From contig JBDKJS010000124.1 of assembly GCA_039806065.1 (NCBI GenBank), positions 1-46,304 of the forward strand: a stretch of DNA of 46,304 nt, written 5' to 3'. The notes below the pieces were generated by a model, which saw only the letters and a list, made by a program, of their open reading frames with translations, did not search any database and was not told the origin of the DNA. The DNA is from Bacteroidota bacterium (GTDB lineage Bacteria; Bacteroidota; Bacteroidia; AKYH767-A; 2013-40CM-41-45). The translations under genes were made by a program, and so were the position numbers. Below are positions 1-9,600 of this stretch, in pieces (position 1 is the first letter of the stretch; each line of letters opens with the position of its first letter).

Positions 1-1577
1 GCAGTAATTACCATTAATTCACTTACAATTGCCGCTAGGAGCACACTACGTCCTTTCACCTTTTTTAGGAAGAATCCTGTAAGAAATACGCCCAATATAG
101 TTCCATAAAACAAGGAGCCCATAATATTTACAGCTTCAATCAAGCTACCTGCAGCAGAAGCAAACATGGCCACTGCAATAGCAAATAACCCCCAAAGCAA
201 TGTTGCAATTTTGCTAGCTCCTAGGTAATGAGCATCAGTTTCATTTTTATTAAACAATCGCCTGTAAATATCAATAATAACTGTGGAGGCCAAAGCATTT
301 AATTCGCTTGCAGTAGAACTCCAAGAAGCACAAAATATCATGGCAATGAGCAGGCCAATAATGCCATGTGGTAAATAGTGCATTACGAAGTTAATAAATA
401 TGTAATTCGTGTCATTTGCATCTTGGTCAGGTAATGCAGCCTGAATTATTTTTTTTCCAGATGATTGAAGATTTTTCTCTTCAGCATTAATTAACTTAAG
501 TTGATGAATCAGGTTTTGATCTTCTTTGTGGGCAAGTAATGCATGTGCCATAGAGGATTTTTTATAATATATTTCATTTAATTGTTGCTCATAGATTTTA
601 AGGCTATCTAACCGATTGGTTCCATTTAGTTTTACTTTAGCCTGAATAAGTTGCGCTTCGTTGAAAGTAATGGGAGCTGGTTTAAATTGAGAAAAGGCCA
701 ACAGTAAAACCCCTATCAATAAAATTAAAAATTGCATGGGTATTTTTACAAAACCTGTCATCAATAAGCCAATCCTACTTTGATGAATATTTTTTGCACT
801 CAAGTACCTGGATACCTGCGACTGGTCAGTGCCAAAGTAGGAAAGTGCTAAGAAAAATCCTCCAATAATTCCTGACCAAATATTGTACTTATCATTAGGG
901 TTAAAATCAGTCGTGATTGCATTCATGTGATCAAGTTTTCCAGCAATGAATAAGCCCTCGCTAAAACTCATATCATCGGGGAAATGGTAAACTACCATTA
1001 TTCCTGCTAAAAGCATTCCTAAAGTAATTACAATCATTTGTTGTAACTGAGTATAGCTCACTGCCTTACTGCCTCCTGACATGGTATAGAGTATTACTAA
1101 GCCCCCCATTAGTAAATTGCTGAGTATGATATTCCAACCTAATACTGATGATAAAATAATAGCAGGTGCATAAATGGTGAGTCCTGCCGATAAACCTCTT
1201 AATAATAAGAAAAGAAAAGCAGTAAATACCCTAGTTTGCACATTAAAACGAGTTTCTAAATATTGATAAGCAGTGTACACATTTAAGGTATGATATCGCG
1301 GAAGAAAGTAAATACAAATGACAATCATGGCTAATGGCATCCCTAGGTAGAATTGAACAAATCGAATGCCATCTGTATAAGCTTGGCCCGGTGCCGATAA
1401 AAAGGTAATGGCACTGGCTTGAGTGGTGATCACAGAAAACATCACAGCATACCAAGGCATCTGTCTACTTCCTAAAAGGTAGCCTTCTAAGTTTTGTTTA
1501 CTACTTCCCTTGTAAATACCATAAATAGTGATCCCTAATAAAGTAAGTATAAGTACTAGCCAATCAAATATATTCAT
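1..1577 (-). CDS. Sodium:solute symporter (SSS family). Partial: the C-terminus runs off the window's left edge.
   Basis: This ORF is not in the supplied track. I translated it by hand from the ATG at 1577-1575: MNIFDWLVLILTLLGITIYGIYKGSSKQNLEGYLLGSRQMPWYAVMFSVITTQASAITFLSAPGQAY... The frame stays open to position 1. It has many hydrophobic segments and an SSS-like N-terminus. A hydrophilic insert of about 90 aa lies near nt 400-690. Confidence 0.8.
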   Translation of the reverse strand, partial: MNIFDWLVLILTLLGITIYGIYKGSSKQNLEGYLLGSRQMPWYAVMFSVITTQASAITFLSAPGQAYTDGIRFVQFYLGMPLAMIVICIYFLPRYHTLNVYTAYQYLETRFNVQTRVFTAFLFLLLRGLSAGLTIYAPAIILSSVLGWNIILSNLLMGGLVILYTMSGGSKAVSYTQLQQMIVITLGMLLAGIMVVYHFPDDMSFSEGLFIAGKLDHMNAITTDFNPNDKYNIWSGIIGGFFLALSYFGTDQSQVSRYLSAKNIHQSRIGLLMTGFVKIPMQFLILLIGVLLLAFSQFKPAPITFNEAQLIQAKVKLNGTNRLDSLKIYEQQLNEIYYKKSSMAHALLAHKEDQNLIHQLKLINAEEKNLQSSGKKIIQAALPDQDANDTNYIFINFVMHYLPHGIIGLLIAMIFCASWSSTASELNALASTVIIDIYRRLFNKNETDAHYLGASKIATLLWGLFAIAVAMFASAAGSLIEAVNIMGSLFYGTILGVFLTGFFLKKVKGRSVLLAAIVSELMVIT

Positions 1578-1579
1578 AA

Positions 1580-1672
1580 TTACTTAAAGTAGATGGTAAG
1601 AATGAATAGCAACGTAATACACACTACCCAAAATAGAAACAAAAGTTGATATTGTTGTTTGGCTTTGCTCAT
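1580..1672 (-). CDS. 30-aa single-pass membrane micro-ORF (MSKAKQQYQLLFLFWVVCITLLFILTIYFK)
   Basis: Hand translated. Its ATG overlaps the TGA of the upstream deacetylase gene (ATGA). Its TAA ends 2 nt before the symporter ATG. It has a polar N-terminus followed by one roughly 20-residue hydrophobic helix. It is shorter than the ORFs listed in the supplied track. Confidence 0.35.
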   Translation of the reverse strand: MSKAKQQYQLLFLFWVVCITLLFILTIYFK

Positions 1673-4155
1673 TGTTCTATGAGATTGCAAAATAATTTGA
1701 GGCTTCCTGTAACCCCTGCTGGCAGTTGTCTGAAAAATGAAAGACTGGTATAAATGTATTTCCCTTTACCATATTTTGCCTCAATTAGTGAACCTGATGA
1801 GTCTTCTTCTCCATCATCATGCATCAATAGTAAATTTTCATATTTTTCGTCAAGATTTTCTAAGAAGTATAAACCTCTTTCTTGTACCCAATTTTCAAAA
1901 TCAGCATCAAATATTTTATTAGGGTAGTTGAAAATGGCAGCTTGTGGGTTGGTTATTTTCACTTTAGCCTTTTCATTGGTAACTCTTTTCCTGGATATTT
2001 TAAAGGGATATGGTCCAATCTCTGACATTATTAAATCTCCAGTAGTGTTGTATTGAACTATAAGTGTGCCACCTTGATAGACATAGTCAAGAAGCAAAGC
2101 GTTGGTATAAACTAAATGTTGTAATGTATTATAGGCCCTAATTCCTATAATGATGGTTTGAAATTGCTGCAAATAATTTATTGTTAAATCTTGTTCGGCA
2201 ATGAATGAAAGGTTGTAGCCAATTTCAGAGAGTACTTCAGGAATTTTATCACCAGCACCAGATAGGTATCCTATCGATTTTTTTATTGTTTTAAAGTTCT
2301 TATTGATCAAGGTGGTGGCAGCAGTAGTAAAATAATTTATTTCCGGAATATGATCGTATTTAATTTTATGATGATCGTAAGCAAAGGTATCTCTGTTTTC
2401 TATGAACATAGCCTTTGCCAATGATTGTGTATTGAGATTGGTAATATTATTTTTTGGAAAAATACTGAAGCTACAAGTTACCTCATCAGATTTTGAAAAA
2501 TCAACCTGTCTATTTTGCGGCTCTATAGTCCAGTTGTTGGGGAGTTCTAGCCTTACGCTTCCCTGTAAATTTTTTTGATGAGCCTTTAGTTTTACTTTTA
2601 CTTCAACTGGCTTTTTAGAATGCGATAATACCATCATTGGTTTTTCGAATTCGAGTGTCACTTTAGGCATTATAATAAGTGGTTCATAGATTTCGCCTTT
2701 AGCGGGGTCAATATCTTTAAACCTCAATGGGATGTAGTAAATTAATTCTTTATTGTTAATTAAAAGTTTAAACGATGCTATAAATGATGGATCGTTAATA
2801 GGGCTATTTAAATAATTTAAATTAGGTAATGAAAACATTCCATTTTCAATGGGATGTAATAACCAATAGGGTTGTGAGCATTTTTCATTAAGATTAATAG
2901 CCAACCTAATGGTATCCATCATAGTTTTATTATGGAGCGCTAATGGTGCTTTTAAAAGATTGTTATTGCCAATCGTTACTTCATTTAACTGAATGTTAAT
3001 TTTGCTCCTATTCACCGCGTGAAGTACTACTGAGGCTGTATCGCCAGGGCAATATTGTTTCGAGGTAGTGTAAGCATCTAGCCAAATGCCGGCAGCATTG
3101 GCAATAACCATTGAAATTTCTTGCAATTTTTGTGAGCGCAAAAATGCATCCAAGCTCTTGTTTTGTTCCACTTCTTGGTATAGGCTAAGCAAATCAGGAA
3201 TTGATTGAGAGGGGTTTTGATAATCAAAGTTGTTTATCAATTTATTATTTAATAGCACCATGTTGCTATCATTGCTTAAGTGATGTAACGAAGTATTTAT
3301 ACCATCAAACAATGAAATGTTGGATTTAACTCCTTCCAACTGCTTAAAATATTCTATTTGGCTGCTTCTGTTGCGTGCACTGCCAAATGCTTGACTGCTG
3401 TGTTTTGATCTGCTAAGGGCCGCCATTTCGCCATAGCTTAAACCTAATAACGGATTATAATTGCCTACTTCAATTTTAAGCTGGTCGTCACTTGTTGTAT
3501 TTCTATTTCCGAAGTTGAAAGTGTTCCAATATAATTTTTGAGTTTGCCATACCTTACAAGAAGTTAATTGATTTGGAAACTGAAGACTATCCGCAGCTGC
3601 CTTAAATGCCTCTTGAGCCAATATTGCGGAAGCAGTATGGTGTCCATGGCCGCCTTCACCAGTGGTTGGGAATCGACATATAATTACATTAGGTTTAAAG
3701 TTTCTAATTATCCAAACTACATCGGCAAGAATGCTATCTTTATTCCAAATAGAAAATGTTTCATCCGGATTTTTGGAATATCCAAAATCATAAGCCCGTG
3801 TAAAAAATTGAAGGCCGCCATCAATTTTACGTGCTTCTAAAAGTTCGTTAGACCTGATCATGCCTAGAGCCGTGCCTTGTTCCTTTCCAATCAGGTTTTG
3901 TCCACCATCACCTCTGGTTAATGAAAGATAGGCAGTAGTATAATGAAGTTCATTGGCCAGGTAAGAAATGAGCCTTGTATTTTCATCGTCTGGGTGTGCT
4001 GCTAGGTAAAGCACGCGACCACACTCATTCAAGCCATTCATTTTATTTTTTAAGACACTGCTGCTATATTGCCAAATTGGCTGAGCCGTAATTTGTGCGA
4101 TGATAAATAATCCCAAGATTAATAACCTCAGGATTTTATGGTGAAATTCAATCAT
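1669..4155 (-). CDS. PIG-L/LmbE-family deacetylase, large multidomain form (about 828 aa) with a signal/anchor segment
   Basis: AHPDDE motif (LAAHPDDENTRLISY) and GGHGHHTAS are typical of the LmbE/PIG-L zinc deacetylase fold, and a long C-terminal extension follows. I prefer the ATG at 4155, which sits just after the DMT stop at 4157-4159, over the track start at 4188. Confidence 0.85.
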   Translation of the reverse strand: MIEFHHKILRLLILGLFIIAQITAQPIWQYSSSVLKNKMNGLNECGRVLYLAAHPDDENTRLISYLANELHYTTAYLSLTRGDGGQNLIGKEQGTALGMIRSNELLEARKIDGGLQFFTRAYDFGYSKNPDETFSIWNKDSILADVVWIIRNFKPNVIICRFPTTGEGGHGHHTASAILAQEAFKAAADSLQFPNQLTSCKVWQTQKLYWNTFNFGNRNTTSDDQLKIEVGNYNPLLGLSYGEMAALSRSKHSSQAFGSARNRSSQIEYFKQLEGVKSNISLFDGINTSLHHLSNDSNMVLLNNKLINNFDYQNPSQSIPDLLSLYQEVEQNKSLDAFLRSQKLQEISMVIANAAGIWLDAYTTSKQYCPGDTASVVLHAVNRSKINIQLNEVTIGNNNLLKAPLALHNKTMMDTIRLAINLNEKCSQPYWLLHPIENGMFSLPNLNYLNSPINDPSFIASFKLLINNKELIYYIPLRFKDIDPAKGEIYEPLIIMPKVTLEFEKPMMVLSHSKKPVEVKVKLKAHQKNLQGSVRLELPNNWTIEPQNRQVDFSKSDEVTCSFSIFPKNNITNLNTQSLAKAMFIENRDTFAYDHHKIKYDHIPEINYFTTAATTLINKNFKTIKKSIGYLSGAGDKIPEVLSEIGYNLSFIAEQDLTINYLQQFQTIIIGIRAYNTLQHLVYTNALLLDYVYQGGTLIVQYNTTGDLIMSEIGPYPFKISRKRVTNEKAKVKITNPQAAIFNYPNKIFDADFENWVQERGLYFLENLDEKYENLLLMHDDGEEDSSGSLIEAKYGKGKYIYTSLSFFRQLPAGVTGSLKLFCNLIEQ

Positions 4156-4156
4156 T

Positions 4157-4534
4157 CTAGGATTTTTTAAAGACGAAATATACTGCAAGCAATATACAAA
4201 TAAATGCAGCTAAATGATTCCACCTAAAGGAATCGGTTTTGAAAACAAAAATTGCGCACAATACAAATACTACAAGGGTTATTACCTCTTGAATAATTTT
4301 TAGTTGAAATAAGTCGAATGGGCCACCGTTAGTAGCACTTCCTATTCTATTGGCAGGTACCATAAAAATATATTCTAGTAAGGCTATGGCCCAGCTTATA
4401 AGTATTATTCCCATCAAGCCGGTGTCATGGAGTACATTCCATTTTTTAAATTGTAAGTGGCCATACCAAGCTATGGTCATGAAAAAATTTGAAATGAGGA
4501 GTAGCGCTACAGTGAGTAATGCTTTTGCAACCAT
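4157..4534 (-). CDS. DMT-superfamily small membrane protein (DUF486-like)
   Basis: 125 aa with four hydrophobic helices. The N-terminus LLLISNFFMTIAWYGHLQFK resembles the DUF486/DMT family. Its start overlaps the upstream gene's stop (TAATG). Confidence 0.7.
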   Translation of the reverse strand: MVAKALLTVALLLISNFFMTIAWYGHLQFKKWNVLHDTGLMGIILISWAIALLEYIFMVPANRIGSATNGGPFDLFQLKIIQEVITLVVFVLCAIFVFKTDSFRWNHLAAFICILLAVYFVFKKS

Positions 4535-5268
4535 TATTTTAGAGGAATAAATTTAAATGATTCTATAATAATTTCCTTTGGTTTACCGTCAGCTGGACTG
4601 TCAGATTTATACAGCCATAAATTTATGCTGAATTTTTCTTTGTTTTTTTTCAGTGCTTGTTTGGGTTTGTGTATCCAATTAGTAAGTGAAGAAAATTGGC
4701 CGAATTGGTAAATCATGGATTGAAAAGATATTTTCTTTTTTTTCCATTCAAATTGATGAATAGAATTAGTTGAAAGTGGAGTAGAAAACCGATAGAGATT
4801 GCCTGTGTTTTGATAGGGTTGGATTACGTATTGTGTGTTGGCACTGTCTGCAGCACCCCAATGTGATATTTCTATATCTATTTCTCGATGGTTTAAACTG
4901 GTATCGGTTTTATCATAGGTGAAAAAACCAATTACAATATTTTTATCAAGAGGAGAAGCAAGAGGGGCCAAATTGAAAACATACGTTCCATAACCTAAGC
5001 TTTCGGCCAATCGCACTTCAGAACAATACCATCTATCATTTTCATCTTGAGTAATAGCAAGGTGTAATTTACCTTCTTCATCAACCCATACATTATTGTT
5101 GCTAGAGCTAAAAAAATTTCTCCCAGGTCCGGTTATTTTCCCATTGCTTTCTTTTGCCTGCCATTGATAACCGCAAAAATGAATGGTATCTTGACTATAG
5201 GGGTCAGGTGCTGCCATTAGCCAATTAGCTTTGAGCAAGAGTATGATCAGGTAAATAGTTTTTTTCAA
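4534..5268 (-). CDS. Secreted GH16-like glycoside hydrolase / concanavalin-like fold protein
   Basis: N-terminal signal peptide (MKKTIYLIILLLKANWLMA). The EIDIE motif (HREIDIEISHWG) matches the GH16 catalytic pattern E-x-D-x-E. Confidence 0.6.
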   Translation of the reverse strand: MKKTIYLIILLLKANWLMAAPDPYSQDTIHFCGYQWQAKESNGKITGPGRNFFSSSNNNVWVDEEGKLHLAITQDENDRWYCSEVRLAESLGYGTYVFNLAPLASPLDKNIVIGFFTYDKTDTSLNHREIDIEISHWGAADSANTQYVIQPYQNTGNLYRFSTPLSTNSIHQFEWKKKKISFQSMIYQFGQFSSLTNWIHKPKQALKKNKEKFSINLWLYKSDSPADGKPKEIIIESFKFIPLK

Positions 5269-5317
5269 CGCAGTATTAAGGTCGTAAATATTGAAATTTA
5301 TTCCACAGCATCAAAAA

Positions 5318-6223
5318 TTATTTTGATCTTGGATGGTAATCAAGAATTGCCTGTCTTAAGTAGTCTCGGTCTAAATGAGTGTAAATTTCAGTTGTAATAA
5401 TGCTTTCATGTCCTAGCATTTCTTGAACTGCCCTAAGGTCGGCCCCGCCTTCGATAAGGTGAGTAGCAAAGGAGTGGCGTAAAGTATGGGGTGAAATAGT
5501 TTTACCCAATTTAATTTGTGCGGCTAGTGATTTAATAATTAGGAAGATCATCACCCGACTTAATCGTTTGCCTCTTCTGTTTAAAAATACGATATCTTCA
5601 TCTTTAGAGAAAATATTGTAATGAACTCGAATCTCATTTAAATAAATTTCTAGAAATTTGGTGGCTGATTTCCCTATGGGAACTAGCCGTTCCTTATTTC
5701 CTTTACCTAAAACTTTTATAAAGCCTATGGCAAGATGAAGGTTTGAAATTTGAAGATTTACCAATTCGCTCACCCGTAGTCCACAACTGTACAATGTTTC
5801 AAGAATTGCCTTGTTGCGCATGCCTTCAGGAGTGCTTAGATCAATGGCCTCAATGAGTTTATTTATTTCCTCTACTGATAGGGTGTCGGGCAATTTTCTC
5901 CCAAGTCGAGGTGCTTCAAGAAGTTGTGTTGGATCATTGCTAATGAGATTTTCATTAGATAAATATTTATAGAATCCCTTTATTCCGCTAATAATTCTTG
6001 CCTGGCTGCTAGCACTTAACCCTAATTCGTTGATTGATTTAATAAAATTGCGTAATTCATTTAAACTAATATCTATGGGGGAGCATGGATAGGGCAATGT
6101 ACCAACATGTGATTGTAGCAATGTCACATCATGAAGGTAGGCAGCTACAGAGTTTTCACTTAGTGATTTTTCAAGTTTTAAAAATGCCTTGAATCCTTTA
6201 ATGTATGGTTCCCAAATTTTCAT
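5318..6223 (-). CDS. xerD: Tyrosine recombinase XerD
   Basis: 301 aa. C-terminal catalytic region: LRHSFATHLIEGGADLRAVQEMLGHESIITTEIYTH (R..HxxR..Y). The N-terminal SAM-like core-binding domain is also present. Confidence 0.9.
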   Translation of the reverse strand: MKIWEPYIKGFKAFLKLEKSLSENSVAAYLHDVTLLQSHVGTLPYPCSPIDISLNELRNFIKSINELGLSASSQARIISGIKGFYKYLSNENLISNDPTQLLEAPRLGRKLPDTLSVEEINKLIEAIDLSTPEGMRNKAILETLYSCGLRVSELVNLQISNLHLAIGFIKVLGKGNKERLVPIGKSATKFLEIYLNEIRVHYNIFSKDEDIVFLNRRGKRLSRVMIFLIIKSLAAQIKLGKTISPHTLRHSFATHLIEGGADLRAVQEMLGHESIITTEIYTHLDRDYLRQAILDYHPRSK

Positions 6224-6278
6224 TAGTAAGCTACTGATTGCATACGCTGAAAATGGTAAAAAGTTGAAAGCTGATAAT

Positions 6279-6548
6279 TTATTTTTGTGATTCCTGCTGA
6301 TCGAGGGGCACGGTTGGGGTTATTGAATCAGGTGTCTTATTATTATTATTAACGGGGGCATTTTCATTTGCAGCATTAGTTATTTCTCTTTCTATTCCAT
6401 TCATAGCATCTTTAAACTCCCTCATTCCTCTTCCTAGCCCTCGGGCAAGGTTAGGAATCTGTTTGCTACCAAATAACAGTAGCACTACAAAAAGAATCAT
6501 GAAGAGTTCTCCACCTCCTAGGTTTAGAAAAAGTAAGCTAAGACACAT
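6279..6548 (-). CDS. tatA: Twin-arginine translocase subunit TatA/E
   Basis: A TM helix followed by the hinge and amphipathic helix: [29 protein letters not shown]. Confidence 0.85.
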   Translation of the reverse strand: MCLSLLFLNLGGGELFMILFVVLLLFGSKQIPNLARGLGRGMREFKDAMNGIEREITNAANENAPVNNNNKTPDSITPTVPLDQQESQK

Positions 6549-6590
6549 AGGTCAAAGGTAATATTTTGTGATAATGCTGAGTGATTGAAT

Positions 6591-6625
6591 AAAAAAAACC
6601 TTCAAGTACTACTTGAAGGTTTTTT
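6591..6625. terminator. Symmetric rho-independent terminator downstream of secDF
   Basis: A8-CCTTCAAGT-ACT-ACTTGAAGG-T6: a perfect 9-bp stem flanked by an A-run and a T-run, so it could act in both directions. Confidence 0.6.
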
Positions 6626-6643
6626 ATGTGAATAAGAGGATGT

Positions 6644-9600
6644 TTATTTTTTCTCTTTCTTTTGGAAGTCGATCACGATAGGAGTTGCAATACAAATTGA
6701 AGAATAAGTACCTATGACAATACCAATAAGCAAGGCAAAGCTAAATCCTCTAATTACTTCACCGCCAAAAATAAAGATAGCAAGGAGTACGAAAAATATG
6801 GTCAATGAAGTATTGATGGTACGACTTAGCGTAGCATTCAATGCATTGTTGATAATTTTAGTTTGGTCTTTACTATCACGGTGAACACCTACAAATTCAC
6901 GAATTCTGTCGAACACCACCACAGTATCCGTCATAGAATAACCCATCACTGTTAGAATAGCTGCAATAAAGTGTTGATCTATTTCTAAGCTAAAAGGAAG
7001 TATACCATTACAAATTGTATAAACCGATAATACAATAAGTACATCATGAAGCAAGGCTGCCACAGCACCCAAACCATATTGCCATCTTCTAAATCTTATA
7101 AAGATGTAAAGGAACATTAAGGCACAGGATATAAATATAGACCAAAAAGCACTTTGCTTGATATCATCAGCAATGGAAGCGCCTACTTTGATTGATTTCA
7201 CTACTTCATATTTGCTTCCAATTTTAGCTAGGCCTTCTTCTAACTTGGATTTCACCAAACTATCAGTAGCTAAGTTTTGATCTTCAATCATGTATTTGGT
7301 GGTAAGCATTACTTGGTTATTGGCACCAAAAGTTTTAACCACTGGAGCTTCACCAAGGCTGCCTTTAACAGCGTCTATTACTTCTGCTGTGGCAATATCT
7401 CTATCAAAGCGTACTTGGTAATTTCTTCCACCGGTGAAATCAACTCCAAGATTTAGTCCTCCATTCTTAACAAAAAATACTACACCTAGTGCAATGATCA
7501 CTGTAGAAATGATGTAATAGGTTTTTCTTTTTCCAACAAAATCAATATTGATGTCTTTAAATAAGCCTTTTGAGAATGAGCTCCAAAATTTTATATCCTT
7601 GTTTTTTGCTAACCATTTTTCAAAAATCATCCTAGTGATAAATATAGCGCAGAACAAGGAAGAAAGAATACCAATGATCAATGTGGTAGCAAATCCTTGG
7701 ATAGGGCCAGAGCCAAATGTGTAAAGGATAATACCTAAAATGAGTGTGGTAACATTGGAGTCAATAATACTTGAATAGGCATGTTTGTAACCATCGCTGA
7801 TCGCCAAACGCAATCCCTTACCGGCCGCCATTTCTTCTCGTATACGTTCAAATATCAAAATATTTGCATCTACTGAAAGGCCTATGGTAAGTACTATACC
7901 TGCAATACCTGGCAAGGTAAGCACTGCTCCTAATGAAGCAAGAATACCCATTATGAAAAATACGTTTACAAACAAGGCCATATCGGCTACCCATCCTGCG
8001 TTGTTATAGTAAATGATCATAAATAAGAGTACCAGTATGAGTGCAATCACGAACGACATTAAACCACTGCTAATGGCTTCCTTACCTAGCGTAGGCCCAA
8101 CTACAGTATCTTCAATAATTCTTGCTGGGGCAGGTAATTTTCCTACTTTTAATACATTGGCTAAATCTTCAGCGTCTGCTTGTGAAAAGTTTCCGGTAAT
8201 AGAGCTATTTCCGCCAGCTATTTCACCATTTACATTGGGGTATGAGTAAACTGCATCATCCAATATGATGGCGATAGATTTTCCAATATTTTTTCCAGTC
8301 AATCGCTTCCAAATCTTAGCGCCTTCTGCGTTCATAGACATGTTTATTTCCCAACTATTACCAAATTGATCACGCTGTTTGCGAGCATCCGTTATCACGC
8401 TTCCGTCAAGTGGGGCTGCTTCAGATCTTGATTGTTTACGAATAGCAATCATCTGTACCAACTTTTGGGTGCCAGATTCAATTGGTTTTACCGTCCAGTA
8501 GTGTTTAAATTCTTTTGGCAATAAGGCTTTAACTCTTGGGCTATTAAATATTTGGTTAACCTTAGAAGTGTCTTTTGTAAGGGCATATCCAATAGAAGCT
8601 CCTTTAGTGTAAAAGCTTTGATTACCCTGTTGTTGAACGCTAGGGCTCAATACGGCATATAAAGGATTTTCTTTTGCAAACTGCTCAAAGCTTTGTTTGC
8701 CAGTAGTATCCTTTTTAGTGCTATCACCACCTGCAGAAGCAAGTTGATCTGTGAGGGATGATTTAGTGCTATCTTTAGCAGTAGTATCAGCAGCATTCTT
8801 GGCTACAGATTGGCTGGAACTGTCTACTGAGCTAGTGTCAACTGTGGCCAGTGAACTATCGGTTGAAATGGTGCTAAGTGTATCAATACCTCCAGATGCT
8901 TTAAGTGCCTCATTTACTTTTTCAAGCATTGGGCCTATTTCGCTGTTGTCAAAAGTTTCCCAGAATTCGAGTTTAGCTGTTCCTTGAAGGAGTTTTCTTA
9001 CACGATCAGGTTCTGTAACACCAGGCATCTCAACCAAGATTCTATTGTTAGCTAATTTTTGAACATTTGGCTGGGTTACACCAAATTTGTCAATACGTGT
9101 TTTTAATATCTGATAGGTACGATCAAAGGCCCCATTCGCTTCTTCACGAATTACTTTTAACACCTCATCATTACTCGAATTTAGATTAACCCTATTTTCA
9201 AGCGTTTTGGTTGTAAAAATGGTACTAAGTTTAGCATTTGGATCAAGCTTTTTAAATTCTTCACCGAAAAGGGTTACGAAATCTTTTTGAGAGGTAGCCA
9301 AGCTTGCTACAGCATTGTTGATGGCTGTGTTAAACGTAGGATCACTGCTATTATTGCTCATTGATTTAATGAGATCAACCAATGAAACTTCCATGGTAAC
9401 GTTCATTCCTCCTTTTAAATCGAGACCTAGGTTTATTTCGTTCTCTTTGCATTTTTGATAGGTAAATCCAAGTAACGGATAAACTTTCACATTTTGCATT
9501 GAATCAAGATAGGCCTTCAATTTTACAGGATCGTTTCCTGTGGCTTCACGCGCATTGCGTTCTACGTTTTTAGTAACTAGTGTAAATGATAATTGGTAAA

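Noticed and set aside
1243-1455. A 70-aa track ORF on the minus strand near the left edge.
   Set aside because: It lies in an alternative frame entirely inside the much longer open symporter frame (1-1577). The track omits that symporter ORF, evidently because its stop is off-window. The 70-aa product is Cys/His-rich low-complexity sequence with no recognisable motif.
4188-4188. Longer N-terminal extensions in the ORF track: PIG-L at 4188, secDF at 9727, the T9SS cargo gene at 16542, the hydrolase at 25655, DUF4293 at 26294 and GT4 at 29402.
   Set aside because: Four of them begin at TTG codons (16542, 25655, 26294, 29402). All of them either overlap the upstream gene or add non-homologous residues ahead of a canonical family N-terminus or signal peptide. 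The internal ATG/GTG starts fit better.
4643-4743. A8/T8 homopolymer runs inside coding regions (for example 4643-4650, 4736-4743, 22161-22168, 27183-27190, 28911-28918, 38643-38650 and 43093-43100), considered as phase-variation switches.
   Set aside because: They encode Lys-Lys(-Lys) stretches, as expected in an AT-rich genome. They also occur in housekeeping genes (dapB, purA), and they are shorter than tracts that typically slip.
5318-6223. Tyrosine recombinase considered as a marker of an integrated mobile element or an invertible promoter system.
   Set aside because: It has the XerD length and motifs and sits next to tatA and secDF. There are no flanking repeats, no tRNA target, and no phage, transposon or conjugation genes. 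I found no inverted repeats bracketing the glycan-locus promoters.
6553-6560. TACCTTTG (a TAnnTTTG match on the minus strand) upstream of tatA.
   Set aside because: It lies only 5 nt from the tatA start codon at 6548. Using it as a promoter would force the start to the downstream ATG at 6500 and truncate the TatA transmembrane helix to about 11 residues. It is probably a chance match, or would imply a leaderless mRNA that I cannot support.
8013-8987. Two 78-aa plus-strand ORFs inside secDF.
   Set aside because: They are antisense to a confidently identified, motif-rich gene. They are short, with no motifs. This looks like a typical shadow-frame artefact.
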